From contig CAVTHS010000003.1 in the NCBI GenBank assembly GCA_963734535.1, positions 64,001 to 128,000 on the forward strand: DNA of 64,000 nt. Direction: 5' to 3'. A model generated the notes under the pieces. That model worked only from the letters and a program-made list of their open reading frames with translations. It was not told the DNA's origin and did not search any database. A program made the position numbers and the translations under genes. Source of the DNA: an uncultured Chloroflexia bacterium. GTDB lineage: Bacteria; Chloroflexota; Limnocylindria; Limnocylindrales; CSP1-4. Shown piece by piece: positions 27,069-36,257 of this stretch. Position 1 is the first letter of the stretch, and every line of letters begins with the position of its first letter.

Positions 27069-30047
27069 ATGCGCGCGACCATCCACGCATGCGACTGGGC
27101 CTCCGCGCAGCCGACGACCGTGCCTGATCGCGCCGAGCTTGTCGAGCGCGACGAGCTGGAGACGCTTCGCCGGCGTCCGGGCGCGCCGGGCTCCAGCCCG
27201 GCGGCAGCGGTCGCCGACGACCCGACCATCCAGATCCTGCCTGCCACGTCTCGCCGAACGGGGCCCGGATCGGGTCCGGCCATCTTCCCGCGTGGGATGG
27301 GTCCGGCAGCCTTCATGGCGACACAGCGACTCGCGGGCAACCGAGCGATGCTCCAGGCCCTAGCCAGGGCGCAGGTGTCGCTCCTGCGCACGACGGCGGA
27401 CCCGGAGCAGGACGAGGAGAAGCCCGCCGGCGGCGCCTCGCCGGCCGAGTTGCTCGCGCTGCCAGGGCAGGCGGGCGCGGCGGCCGGAGCCCCGAACGGC
27501 GCGGCTGGTTCGGGAGAGCAGGGGGGCGCGGGCGAGGGATCTGCGGCCGGCGCCGGCGCGAAGCTGTCGAAACAGGGCGGTGGTGGTCGGAACGGCCAGG
27601 AGCTCGAGAAACCCGCTCTGTCGGCGGCCGGTGACGCGGCGGGTCCAGCCGGCCAGGCCGGCGCCGCGATCGGTGGAGCAGGGGCGGCGTCTGCGGTTGG
27701 CGGAGCCGGGGCCGGTGCCGGAGCCGGAGCCGCGGCCGCGGGCGAAGCGGCCGGAGCCGCGGCCGTCGGCGCAGCGGGGGCCGGAGCAGCAGGTGAATCG
27801 GCTGGGGCCTCGGCCGCGGGTGCTGCGGCCGAGGCCGCGATCGGGACTGCCGTCGGAGGCGGGCCGGGCGCCGCCGCAGGTGCTGCGGCCGGAGCCGCGG
27901 TCGGAGGAGCGTCGGGCTCGGGCGCATCGGCGGGCAGTCGATCGACCGATGTCGCTGCCGGCGCCGGCGCGCCCGGAGGCGGGGCCGCCGGGTCGTCCCG
28001 CACCCGCCGAACCGAGCCGCCGCCGATCACTGGGACGGGCGGTCCGTCGACGCCCCGGGCGGGCAGCGGCCCGTCGACCGGCCCGGGTGGCGTGACGGCA
28101 GGCGGCGGTCCGGGCCAGGCAGGCGGCGCTCCGGGCCAGGCAGGCGGCGGTCCCGCCACGACCCTCGACGCGACGGGGAGCGGGCCTGCGTCTCCGATCA
28201 CCACAGCTCCCGCGACCGCCACCGGCGGGAACGGGGCCTCTGGCGTCGCGGACCCCACAACCGCGAGAACCGGCATCGACTGGAACCAGATGCTCTCGGA
28301 CTTCGGGCCGCCCGCCCGCACCGTTCTCGAGGTCGGCCGGCTCATCCCTGGCTGGGGGCTGTTGGCCGGCCTCGCGTCCGACTCCCTCAGCTGGGCGAGC
28401 GACATGAGCTCGATCCCGGCGTCCAAGAACGCCCGGTTCGCGACGGACCTCGTGATCTTCCGGAACGTCGTGAACATCCTGAACAACGGGCTCGGGCACG
28501 TCCTGTACGTGGACCAGCTGATCCAGGACGGGCTGGCGGGATCGGTCGTGGGCGCCGAGTTCACACCCTTGACCGCGGCGGCCAATGAGGTCCTCGCCGG
28601 CATCAAGGTGGCGCTCGACGAGGTCCAGCTGGGGACCGACGTGCTCGTCGAGGTCGAAGCCCTGTACCAGGCGAACCACGCGCCGGACAGCACCGAGGCC
28701 GAGGCGTGGCGTGCCCTCGCGGACAACTACGCCGCGAACATCCTCGGCGATGTCGTCAATACGATCCTGGACCTCATCAGCCTCGCGAGCGCGGGTGCCG
28801 CGAACACCGCGCCGGTCGAGGAGGCGAAGCTGCCGCTGACCCTCGCCGGCGCATTCCTCGAGCACGCCGCCCCGAACATCATCTCGGCCATCAACAACGT
28901 CGTCGGCGTCTGGCTCGGGACCGGCGTGACCGCCGGACGCCATGCGGCGACCGGCACCCCCGCCACCGGCGGCGCGGCTGCGGGCCCGGCCGCTGGCACG
29001 TCGAGCACCCCGGGCGGACCGGCTCCGGCACCAGGCGCCGCGGGTCCCGGCGCAGGGACAAAGGTGCAGCGGATCATGGCCGGGCAGCCAGGCGAGACAA
29101 GCGGACCCGGGGGCCGCGCGGCGCGCCTCCAGGCACAGGCCGCGGCCTACGACGTGGCGGGCGGCTTCATCGACATCGAAGCGCCCCAGGCCCGTGCCAC
29201 CTATGACGGCATGAACCTCGTGATCGGCGCGTTCGAGGCATATGCGGAAGACCAGATCGCCCAGATCGACGCGGTGGTCGGCGCGCTGTCCGGCGGCAAG
29301 TCGGCCTTCCAGGTGATCCGGGACGCCGTCAAGGCCGGCCTCGATGACATGAACGCGAAGCTCGGCGTGGCCCAGCAGCTCGGCGAGACCGCGACCAACG
29401 CGAAGGCGAACGCCGCGTCCATCTCGGCGGCGTGCACGACGGTCCTGGCCGGGATCGACGGCCTTGTCATGCCCAGCGTTCGAATTCCGAGCGTGGACCT
29501 CGGGGATGGCGTCCTCGCCGATGCCGCTGCAGCCGTCGCGAACACGGCGGCGGCGGCTGCGAACACCGCCCTCGAGCTGGCCGTCTCGGGCGTGTCGGCG
29601 GCCCTCGACACGGCGAAGGACGCGATCCGGAGCCCCATCCTGGATCTCAAGAGCCATGCCGACAGCCTCGGCGAATGGCTCGCGATCCTCGCCACGAAGA
29701 GCACCGAGTTGGTTGCCTCGCTGCATACCCAGATCGCCTCGTTCAGCGAGGGCCTCGGGCACTGCAACAACGTCGAGGACGTCATCAACCTGATCATCGG
29801 CCAGGTGAGCGACATGACCGGCATGCCCAGGGTCACGGTGCAGGACCTCCGGGACACCTGGGACAGCGTCGGGCCGTACATCGACCAGTTCGCCGCGCTC
29901 GGGCCCCAGCTGCACGATCGAGCCGCGGCCCTGCGCGCGCAGGCTGCCGAGCTCGGCGCGGAAGACGAGGGCGGCACCACGTTCGCCCTGCCGCCCGGGC
30001 CGCCGCCGGACGCGGGCGCGGGCGCCGGGGTGGGGGCGCCGGCCTGA
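27069..30047 (+). CDS. Large Gly/Ala-rich hypothetical protein; candidate secreted effector or toxin (start uncertain: 27069, 27120 or 27297)
   Basis: 992-aa ORF with host-like codon use in the folded parts; QRLAGNRAML and VQR motifs; two helical domains separated by G/A/P linkers. Confidence 0.75.
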   Translation: MRATIHACDWASAQPTTVPDRAELVERDELETLRRRPGAPGSSPAAAVADDPTIQILPATSRRTGPGSGPAIFPRGMGPAAFMATQRLAGNRAMLQALARAQVSLLRTTADPEQDEEKPAGGASPAELLALPGQAGAAAGAPNGAAGSGEQGGAGEGSAAGAGAKLSKQGGGGRNGQELEKPALSAAGDAAGPAGQAGAAIGGAGAASAVGGAGAGAGAGAAAAGEAAGAAAVGAAGAGAAGESAGASAAGAAAEAAIGTAVGGGPGAAAGAAAGAAVGGASGSGASAGSRSTDVAAGAGAPGGGAAGSSRTRRTEPPPITGTGGPSTPRAGSGPSTGPGGVTAGGGPGQAGGAPGQAGGGPATTLDATGSGPASPITTAPATATGGNGASGVADPTTARTGIDWNQMLSDFGPPARTVLEVGRLIPGWGLLAGLASDSLSWASDMSSIPASKNARFATDLVIFRNVVNILNNGLGHVLYVDQLIQDGLAGSVVGAEFTPLTAAANEVLAGIKVALDEVQLGTDVLVEVEALYQANHAPDSTEAEAWRALADNYAANILGDVVNTILDLISLASAGAANTAPVEEAKLPLTLAGAFLEHAAPNIISAINNVVGVWLGTGVTAGRHAATGTPATGGAAAGPAAGTSSTPGGPAPAPGAAGPGAGTKVQRIMAGQPGETSGPGGRAARLQAQAAAYDVAGGFIDIEAPQARATYDGMNLVIGAFEAYAEDQIAQIDAVVGALSGGKSAFQVIRDAVKAGLDDMNAKLGVAQQLGETATNAKANAASISAACTTVLAGIDGLVMPSVRIPSVDLGDGVLADAAAAVANTAAAAANTALELAVSGVSAALDTAKDAIRSPILDLKSHADSLGEWLAILATKSTELVASLHTQIASFSEGLGHCNNVEDVINLIIGQVSDMTGMPRVTVQDLRDTWDSVGPYIDQFAALGPQLHDRAAALRAQAAELGAEDEGGTTFALPPGPPPDAGAGAGVGAPA
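28097..28153 (+). repeat. 21-bp tandem repeat encoding GQAGG(A/G)P
   Basis: GGCAGGCGGCG(G/C)TCCGGGCCA, about three copies. Confidence 0.8.
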
Positions 30048-30072
30048 CCCGACGCGAGCAGGACACGCCGGA

Positions 30073-31611
30073 TCAGGGGAGGGACGCCACCGCCGTCACC
30101 AGGTCGCGCACCGCAGCTTCCAGGGCCTGGCCCGGCTCGCCGGCGACGATGCCATCCGACACGTCGGCCTGGACCTGCGCCGCGAGGCGGCCGGTCGCGG
30201 TGGTGGCCGCAGCCGTGTCACCACCCGCCAGCGTACCCGCCACCTGGTCGAGGAGATCGCTCAGCTGCTTCGCCTCCTTGCCCTTCAGGGCGCCGGGACC
30301 ACGTGCCGCGTCGATCGCCGCACGGACATCGGCGGCGCGCGCCGCCGCGACGGCGAACGGGTCGGCGACGGGGGACGGTGGGAGGCTCGGTGGCGCGCTG
30401 GGGAGCGTTGACTCGGCCGGTGATGCCGACGACGACCGCGCAGCTCCGCTCGAGGCGGGCGCGTTGGACGGTCCACCCCCGAACGCGCCCGCGATCGCGA
30501 GCAGGACCAGGAGCACGACCACGGCGACGATCGCGACGAGGAGGATCTCGCCGGTCCACAGCGAGGGGCCGCGATAGCGATCCGACCCGTGGCCCGGCCG
30601 CGAGGGGATCGGGGTCGCTGGACGCGACCGATCGCCGGTGCCGGGCACGCCCGGCGGCGAGGCGATGGCGGCCCGCGTGGGGGCGTCCGGTCCTGTGGCC
30701 CCGGCAGGGACGCCGGCTCCCGGTCCCATCCCGATCCCGCCCGCGGCCATCGCCGCGGATGGGGCGGGTCCGCCCGCGGAGACGGCGAGGTTCCGCAGCC
30801 CCGTCGCCATCTCGGCGGCGCTCGGACGCGTCCCGGGCCGAATGTCGAGCGCGCGTGCGATGAGCGACGCAAGGGCGGGCGCCACGCCGGGAAGGTGCTC
30901 GCCCAGGGGTGCAGCCGGGAGCAGCCGAGCGCTGACGAGCTCGGCGACGTTCCCCGCCGCATGCGGCAGGACGCCCGAGAGGGTTCGGTAGGCGACCGCC
31001 CCCAGCCCATAGACGTCGGACGCGGCGGACGGCGGCTCGCCCTCGAGCAGCTCCGGTGCGAGGTAGGCGAGGGTGCCGACCGTGGTGCCCGTCGCCGTCA
31101 GCTCGGTGAGCCGGGGTCGCTCACTCGCCCCTCCGGTGCGCGCCAGCCCCAGGTCTCCGAGCTTTGCCCGGCCACCCGAGAGGAGCACGTTGCGCGGGGT
31201 CACGTCCCGGTGGAGGATGCCGCGGGCGTGGAGCGCCGCGAGGCCCTCGGCGGCGTCGGCAAGCAGCGGAAGGGCCACGGCCACGGCCAGCGCGCCGGCC
31301 GCGTCGAGCCGGTCGCCCAGCGACCCGTCCGGGCAGAGCTCCATGACGAGGAACGGGTCGCTCCCGGCCTTCGTCACCACGTCGTGAATCGCGATCACGT
31401 GCGGGCTCGCCACGGCGGCAAGCGCGCGCGCCTCGCGGTCGAACCGCTCGGTCAGGAGCGGGTCGCCGGCGAAGGTCGGCATGAGCACTTTCACGGCCAC
31501 GTCGCGGTCCAGGCGCAGGTCGTGGGCGCGCCAGACGGTTCCCATGCCGCCCGCTCCAAGGCGCGTGTCGATGCGGTAGCGATCCGCAAGGAGATCACCG
31601 ATGGCGGGCAT
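30073..31611 (-). CDS. Hanks-type Ser/Thr protein kinase with one TM helix and a small external domain
   Basis: LGAGGMGTV, VAVKVL, HRDVTPRN, DLGLA, GTLAYLAPE and SDVYGLG; TM LLVAIVAVVVLLVLLAI. Confidence 0.93.
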   Translation of the reverse strand: MPAIGDLLADRYRIDTRLGAGGMGTVWRAHDLRLDRDVAVKVLMPTFAGDPLLTERFDREARALAAVASPHVIAIHDVVTKAGSDPFLVMELCPDGSLGDRLDAAGALAVAVALPLLADAAEGLAALHARGILHRDVTPRNVLLSGGRAKLGDLGLARTGGASERPRLTELTATGTTVGTLAYLAPELLEGEPPSAASDVYGLGAVAYRTLSGVLPHAAGNVAELVSARLLPAAPLGEHLPGVAPALASLIARALDIRPGTRPSAAEMATGLRNLAVSAGGPAPSAAMAAGGIGMGPGAGVPAGATGPDAPTRAAIASPPGVPGTGDRSRPATPIPSRPGHGSDRYRGPSLWTGEILLVAIVAVVVLLVLLAIAGAFGGGPSNAPASSGAARSSSASPAESTLPSAPPSLPPSPVADPFAVAAARAADVRAAIDAARGPGALKGKEAKQLSDLLDQVAGTLAGGDTAAATTATGRLAAQVQADVSDGIVAGEPGQALEAAVRDLVTAVASLP

Positions 31612-31666
31612 GGCCCGAGAGTACCCCGCGCGTCGTTGCGTTGCGGGCGGCGTACGCTTCGCGTCG

Positions 31667-32611
31667 ATGTTCGCCACACTCGCGGGGAGCTACCCGGGGC
31701 CCACCGACGTGCCGCCTGCCCGGGCGCTCAGGCTTGTCCTGGTGGCGCAGGCCGGCGCGGGGCTCGGGCTCCTCTCCGACGGGATCGTGCACCACTCGGA
31801 TGACCCGTCCACGCTGGTGAGGGCCTGGACGGCCGCCCGGGACGCGGCCCACGCCGGGGGGATCGGCCTGCCCGTCAAGCTCGCCGTCGCCGGCCCATGG
31901 GCGCGCGTCGCGCTCTCCGCCGGCACGCCACGCGCGCCCTCGACCGCGACCGACGCGCCGGACGGGCAGTCTTCGGCCGCGCTGTCGGCGGCCGCGACCC
32001 TCGCGGCGGCCCTCGCGGCCGTGATCGCCGCGGGTTGCCCCGTCATCGAGATCCACGAGCCCGTCGCGACGCTCCCGGGCGGCGCGGGGGCGGGCACGGT
32101 GTTCGCGGCGGCCCATCGCCTGTTGCTTGCCGGGCTCCCGGCGGACGCGCACGCGACCCTCGCGATCACCGGCGGAGACGCGGAGGCGCTGGGCGCCGAG
32201 GCGCTCTTCGGGCTGCCGTACCGGAGCTACCTGTTCGACCTCATCGCCGGCCCGGACAGCTGGCGGACCATCGCGAGAGCGCCCGGCGATCGCGGCATCA
32301 TCGTGGGCGTCGCCGACGCGACCGGCCGGCGATCGACGGGCCTCGAGGAGGTTGCCTGGGCGGCGGGCTACGCGGCGTCGCTCGGCGGCCGCGGTCTGGC
32401 ACGGGTCGGCCTCGCGCCGTCGGGCGGACTCGACGGGCTGGACCCGGCCCGGGCACAGGCCCTCATCGGCCTCCTCGGAGAGGCGGCCCGGCTGCTGGCC
32501 GGAGAGCCGGAGGTGCTGCAGCGCCGCTTCGACCCCCGGGCTGTCGACCTGCGGAGCGCTGCCCTCGGAGAATACCGACCGGACCAGCGCGGGCGGCCGC
32601 GGGGCCGGTAG
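31667..32611 (+). CDS. MetE (cobalamin-independent methionine synthase)-like single barrel, Zn ligands apparently absent
   Basis: AGSYP, QAGAGLGLLSDG, VKLAVAGPW, IEIHEP and LAPSGGL follow the MetE/UROD barrel motif order. Confidence 0.6.
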   Translation: MFATLAGSYPGPTDVPPARALRLVLVAQAGAGLGLLSDGIVHHSDDPSTLVRAWTAARDAAHAGGIGLPVKLAVAGPWARVALSAGTPRAPSTATDAPDGQSSAALSAAATLAAALAAVIAAGCPVIEIHEPVATLPGGAGAGTVFAAAHRLLLAGLPADAHATLAITGGDAEALGAEALFGLPYRSYLFDLIAGPDSWRTIARAPGDRGIIVGVADATGRRSTGLEEVAWAAGYAASLGGRGLARVGLAPSGGLDGLDPARAQALIGLLGEAARLLAGEPEVLQRRFDPRAVDLRSAALGEYRPDQRGRPRGR

Positions 32612-32662
32612 TCGTGGGCCACGCGCGAGCCGCCCCGCGCCGCCCTCGCTTACTCTCATCGG

Positions 32663-33757
32663 GTGAAGGTCGTCTCGATCGTCCCGGGTGACTCCTTGCC
32701 GCGCCCCGCGGCCACGTTCGCAGGCGCCGTCCTTGCCCGCCACCTGCTCGTGGGTGGCGTGCGATGGTCGAAGGGACGCCGGCTCGACGAGGCGGACCTG
32801 CGCGCGCTGGAGGTCGGCGACGTGACGCTGCCGGGGACGCCGGCCGCGGCCGGCGGACGGCCCCGGGCGATCGCGCTGCTGATGCCCGAGCCGGGCGACG
32901 TGCACGAGGACGCGGCCGCGGCGCGGCTGGCGGCCGCAGTCGCAGGCCCCGGGCTCGTCATCCGGGGCCCGTTCGAGTCCCGGTTCGACCTCGTCGCCGC
33001 CCACGCAGGCGAGGTCAGGGCCAGGGTGCCCATCCTCGAGCGGCTCAACGCGGTGGACGGGATCGCGGTCTTCACCGTGCTCGACGGCCAGCTCGTCGCC
33101 GCGGGCACGCTCGTCGCCTCGGTCAAGACGGGACCGCACCTCCTCGCGGCCGCGTCGCTCGGGCGCGCCGAGGCGATCGCGGCCCGCGGGGGCTCCGCCC
33201 GCCCGGTCGTGGAGGTTCGGCCCTACGTCGCGCGCCGCATCGCCGCGGTCGTCAAGGAGACGCTCTCCGCCTCGGCACGGGCCCGGTTCGAGGCGACCCT
33301 CCGGGCCCGGGTGGAGGGCCTCGGTTCGACGCTCGTCGACGTCTCGTACGTCGCTGACGAGACGGCCGCGGTCGCCGTGGCCTTTCGCCGGTTCGTGCGC
33401 GGACCCGCGCGCGTCGACCTCCTGCTGACCGCCGGCGCAACGTCCACGGATCCCTCGGACACCATCTTCGTCGGGTTGGCGGCGATCGGCGGGCGGGTCG
33501 TCAGCCACGGGGTTCCCGCGCATCCGGGCTCGATGCTGTGGCTGGGGCGGGCCGGCGCGACGACGTTCCTGGGCCTGCCGACATGCGGCGCCTACTCGCG
33601 GGCGACCGCGGCCGACCTGCTGCTTCCGTGGCTCGCGGCCGGGGAGCCGCCCGACCGCCGGACGGTCGCGCGCCTCGCACATGGCGGGATCCTGACGAAG
33701 GAGATGCGGTTCCGCTTCCCACCATATGCGCGATCGCTCGACGCCCCGGAGGGGTAG
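32663..33757 (+). CDS. Molybdopterin-binding (MoeA/MoCF-like) protein
   Basis: PGDVHEDAAAARLA, DLLLTAGATSTDPSD, HGVPAHPGSMLWL and GLPTCG. Confidence 0.8.
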   Translation: MKVVSIVPGDSLPRPAATFAGAVLARHLLVGGVRWSKGRRLDEADLRALEVGDVTLPGTPAAAGGRPRAIALLMPEPGDVHEDAAAARLAAAVAGPGLVIRGPFESRFDLVAAHAGEVRARVPILERLNAVDGIAVFTVLDGQLVAAGTLVASVKTGPHLLAAASLGRAEAIAARGGSARPVVEVRPYVARRIAAVVKETLSASARARFEATLRARVEGLGSTLVDVSYVADETAAVAVAFRRFVRGPARVDLLLTAGATSTDPSDTIFVGLAAIGGRVVSHGVPAHPGSMLWLGRAGATTFLGLPTCGAYSRATAADLLLPWLAAGEPPDRRTVARLAHGGILTKEMRFRFPPYARSLDAPEG

Positions 33758-33882
33758 AGGACGTCGCTCGATACGCTGGCGGGATCGCGACCCCGCCGCA
33801 CGCGCTCTCGAATCTCCGCATCGGCTGGTCGCTGACCCGCGGTGTACGATCCCGCCCAATCCCGACCCCCGAGCGAGGCACG

Positions 33883-34806
33883 ATGGACGAGCAGAACGCG
33901 GCGCTTCCCGGCGAGCTGGCGACGATCGAGGGCCTCCAGGCCGCGTTTCGCCGGCGCGACTACGTCGCCGACCGCTCGCTGAGCACGGCCGTCTTCCTGG
34001 CCCTTCGCCTCGGCCGGCCGCTCCTCCTCGAGGGCGAGGCGGGCGTCGGAAAGACCCAGCTCGCGAAGACGCTGGCCGACACGCTCGGCGCGCGGCTGAT
34101 CCGGCTCCAGTGCTACGAGGGCCTTGACGTCACGACCGCGGTCTACGAGTGGAACTACGCCCGCCAGATGCTCGAGATCCGTCTCCGGGAGGCCCGCGGC
34201 GAGATCGGCAGCGCGACCGCCCACGACATCTTCGGGCCGGAGTTCCTGCTGAAGCGCCCGCTGCTCCAGGCGCTGGAGGCGCCCGACGGCATCGCACCGG
34301 TGCTCCTGATCGACGAGATCGACCGCGCCGACGAGGAGTTCGAGGCCTACCTCCTCGAGATCCTGTCCGACTTCCAGGTCACGATCCCGGAGATCGGGAC
34401 GGTCACCGCCGAGCGGCCGCCCCGCGTGATCCTGACCTCGAACAGGACACGCGAGGTCCACGATGCGCTGAAGCGCCGCTGCCTGTATCACTGGATCGAC
34501 TACCCGAACGCGCACACCGAGATGGAGATCGTCCTCGCGCGCGTCCCCGAGACACCGGAGCGCCTCGCGCGCCAGGTTGTCGGCTTCGTCGGCCGCCTCC
34601 GGACGGCCGACCTCACGAAGGTCCCCGGCGTGGCGGAGACGCTCGACTGGGCGTCCGCGCTGCTGGCCCTCGGCGCGCGCGAGCTTGCCCCGAGCGTGGT
34701 CGATGAGACGCTCGGCGTCCTGCTCAAATACGAGGAGGACGTCCGGCGAGTCCGCGGCGCGACCGCGGCGGGCTACCTCGACGAGCTCGTCGCGACGGGA
34801 GCGTAG
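33883..34806 (+). CDS. coxD: MoxR-type AAA+ ATPase, CoxD-like
   Basis: LLEGEAGVGKT, RLQCYEGLD, YEWNY, LLIDEIDRADEEFEA and HDALKRRC. Confidence 0.9.
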   Translation: MDEQNAALPGELATIEGLQAAFRRRDYVADRSLSTAVFLALRLGRPLLLEGEAGVGKTQLAKTLADTLGARLIRLQCYEGLDVTTAVYEWNYARQMLEIRLREARGEIGSATAHDIFGPEFLLKRPLLQALEAPDGIAPVLLIDEIDRADEEFEAYLLEILSDFQVTIPEIGTVTAERPPRVILTSNRTREVHDALKRRCLYHWIDYPNAHTEMEIVLARVPETPERLARQVVGFVGRLRTADLTKVPGVAETLDWASALLALGARELAPSVVDETLGVLLKYEEDVRRVRGATAAGYLDELVATGA

Positions 34807-34826
34807 GGAGCCTGCGGCATCCGCCC

Positions 34827-36239
34827 ATGACCGGCATCCGCGCCCCCGTCCCGGACCCGCTGGACGCGTTCGACGGATCGACGTTCCTGCGCAACGCGGT
34901 CCTCTTCACGCGTGCGCTCCGCTCGGCGGGCGTCGTGACCGACCTCGGCGGGGGGCTCGACTTCGCCCGGGCCCTCACGCTCGTGGACATCGGCGACCGG
35001 GCCCAGGTGCATGCGGCGGGCTCGGCGGTCTTCTGCCGGCGGCGCAGCGACCTCGAGACGTACGACGCGGTCTTCGACCAGTTCTGGCGGCGCCACACGG
35101 CGCGGATCGCGCCCACCGGCCTCGAGGCGACCGTCGCCCGCCCGCCGAGGCCGCCGAAGGATCGCGAGGCCGCCCTCGACACGGAGCGTCCCCGCGACCA
35201 GCCGGGGCCGCCGCGCGGCCGGCCCGAGCAGGCCGAGCCGGGGGCCGGCGATGACGAGCAGGAGGCTGACGCTGGCTGGGTGGTCTCGCCGCGCGCCTTC
35301 AGCCCGGGCGAGGCGTTCCATCACCGCGACTTCGACCGGATGACGAACGCGGAGCTGCGGGATGCCGAGCGGCTCATCGACCTTCTCGAGCCGCGCCTCG
35401 AATCCCGGCTCACCCGGCGCTACGAGCTTCATCCCCACGGCGCGCGGCTGGCGCCGCGGGCGATGTACCGCCGCAACCTCGGGGCGGGCGGCGACCTCGT
35501 CGACTGGGTCTGGCGGCGGCGCCTCAAGCGCCCGCGCTCGATCGTGATCCTGTGCGACGTCTCGGGATCGATGGAGCGCCACGCCCGGATCCTGCTGCGC
35601 TTCGTGCAGGCGCTCACCCGCGCATCCGGGGTGCGGACCGAGTCGTTCGTCTTCGGCACGCGGCTCACCCGGATCTCGCACGAGCTGCGGGGACGCGACC
35701 CGGACCTCGCGATCCGGCGCGTCAGCGAGACCGTGAGCGATTGGTCGGGCGGGACGCGGATCGGCGATTCCCTTCGCACCTTCAACCTGCGCTGGGCGCG
35801 GCGGGTCCTGCGCTCCTCGGGGGTGGTCATCGTCGTGTCCGACGGCTGGGACCGGGGCGACCCCGAGCTCGTGCGCACCGAGACCGCCCGGCTGCAGCGC
35901 AACTGCCACCGGCTGATCTGGCTCAACCCCCTCGCGGGCGCCGAGGGCTACCAGCCGATCGCGGCCGGGATGGCCGCCGCCTATCCGTCGATCGACGACT
36001 TCCTGCCGATCCAGTCGATCGCGTCGCTGGAACGGCTGGGCGCGATCCTCGGCGGGATGGGGCTCGGCAGCGCCGGGCGGCCCCCGCGAACCGGCACGCC
36101 GCGCGTCCACCGCGTCGAGGTGTCGGGCGACACTTCGAGAGGATTCGCGCGATCGATCGTGCCGCGCGTCGGGGCCCCGCCCGGGTCGGCCGACGCGGCC
36201 CTCGGCGACCCGGCATCGGCACGTCCGCTGGTCGACTGA
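34827..36239 (+). CDS. coxE: VWA-domain protein, CoxE-like
   Basis: MIDAS motif DVSGSM, FVFGTRLT, WSGGTRIG, SDGWDRG and LIWLNP. Confidence 0.9.
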   Translation: MTGIRAPVPDPLDAFDGSTFLRNAVLFTRALRSAGVVTDLGGGLDFARALTLVDIGDRAQVHAAGSAVFCRRRSDLETYDAVFDQFWRRHTARIAPTGLEATVARPPRPPKDREAALDTERPRDQPGPPRGRPEQAEPGAGDDEQEADAGWVVSPRAFSPGEAFHHRDFDRMTNAELRDAERLIDLLEPRLESRLTRRYELHPHGARLAPRAMYRRNLGAGGDLVDWVWRRRLKRPRSIVILCDVSGSMERHARILLRFVQALTRASGVRTESFVFGTRLTRISHELRGRDPDLAIRRVSETVSDWSGGTRIGDSLRTFNLRWARRVLRSSGVVIVVSDGWDRGDPELVRTETARLQRNCHRLIWLNPLAGAEGYQPIAAGMAAAYPSIDDFLPIQSIASLERLGAILGGMGLGSAGRPPRTGTPRVHRVEVSGDTSRGFARSIVPRVGAPPGSADAALGDPASARPLVD

Positions 36240-36257
36240 AGGGGGAGGGGAGAGGCA

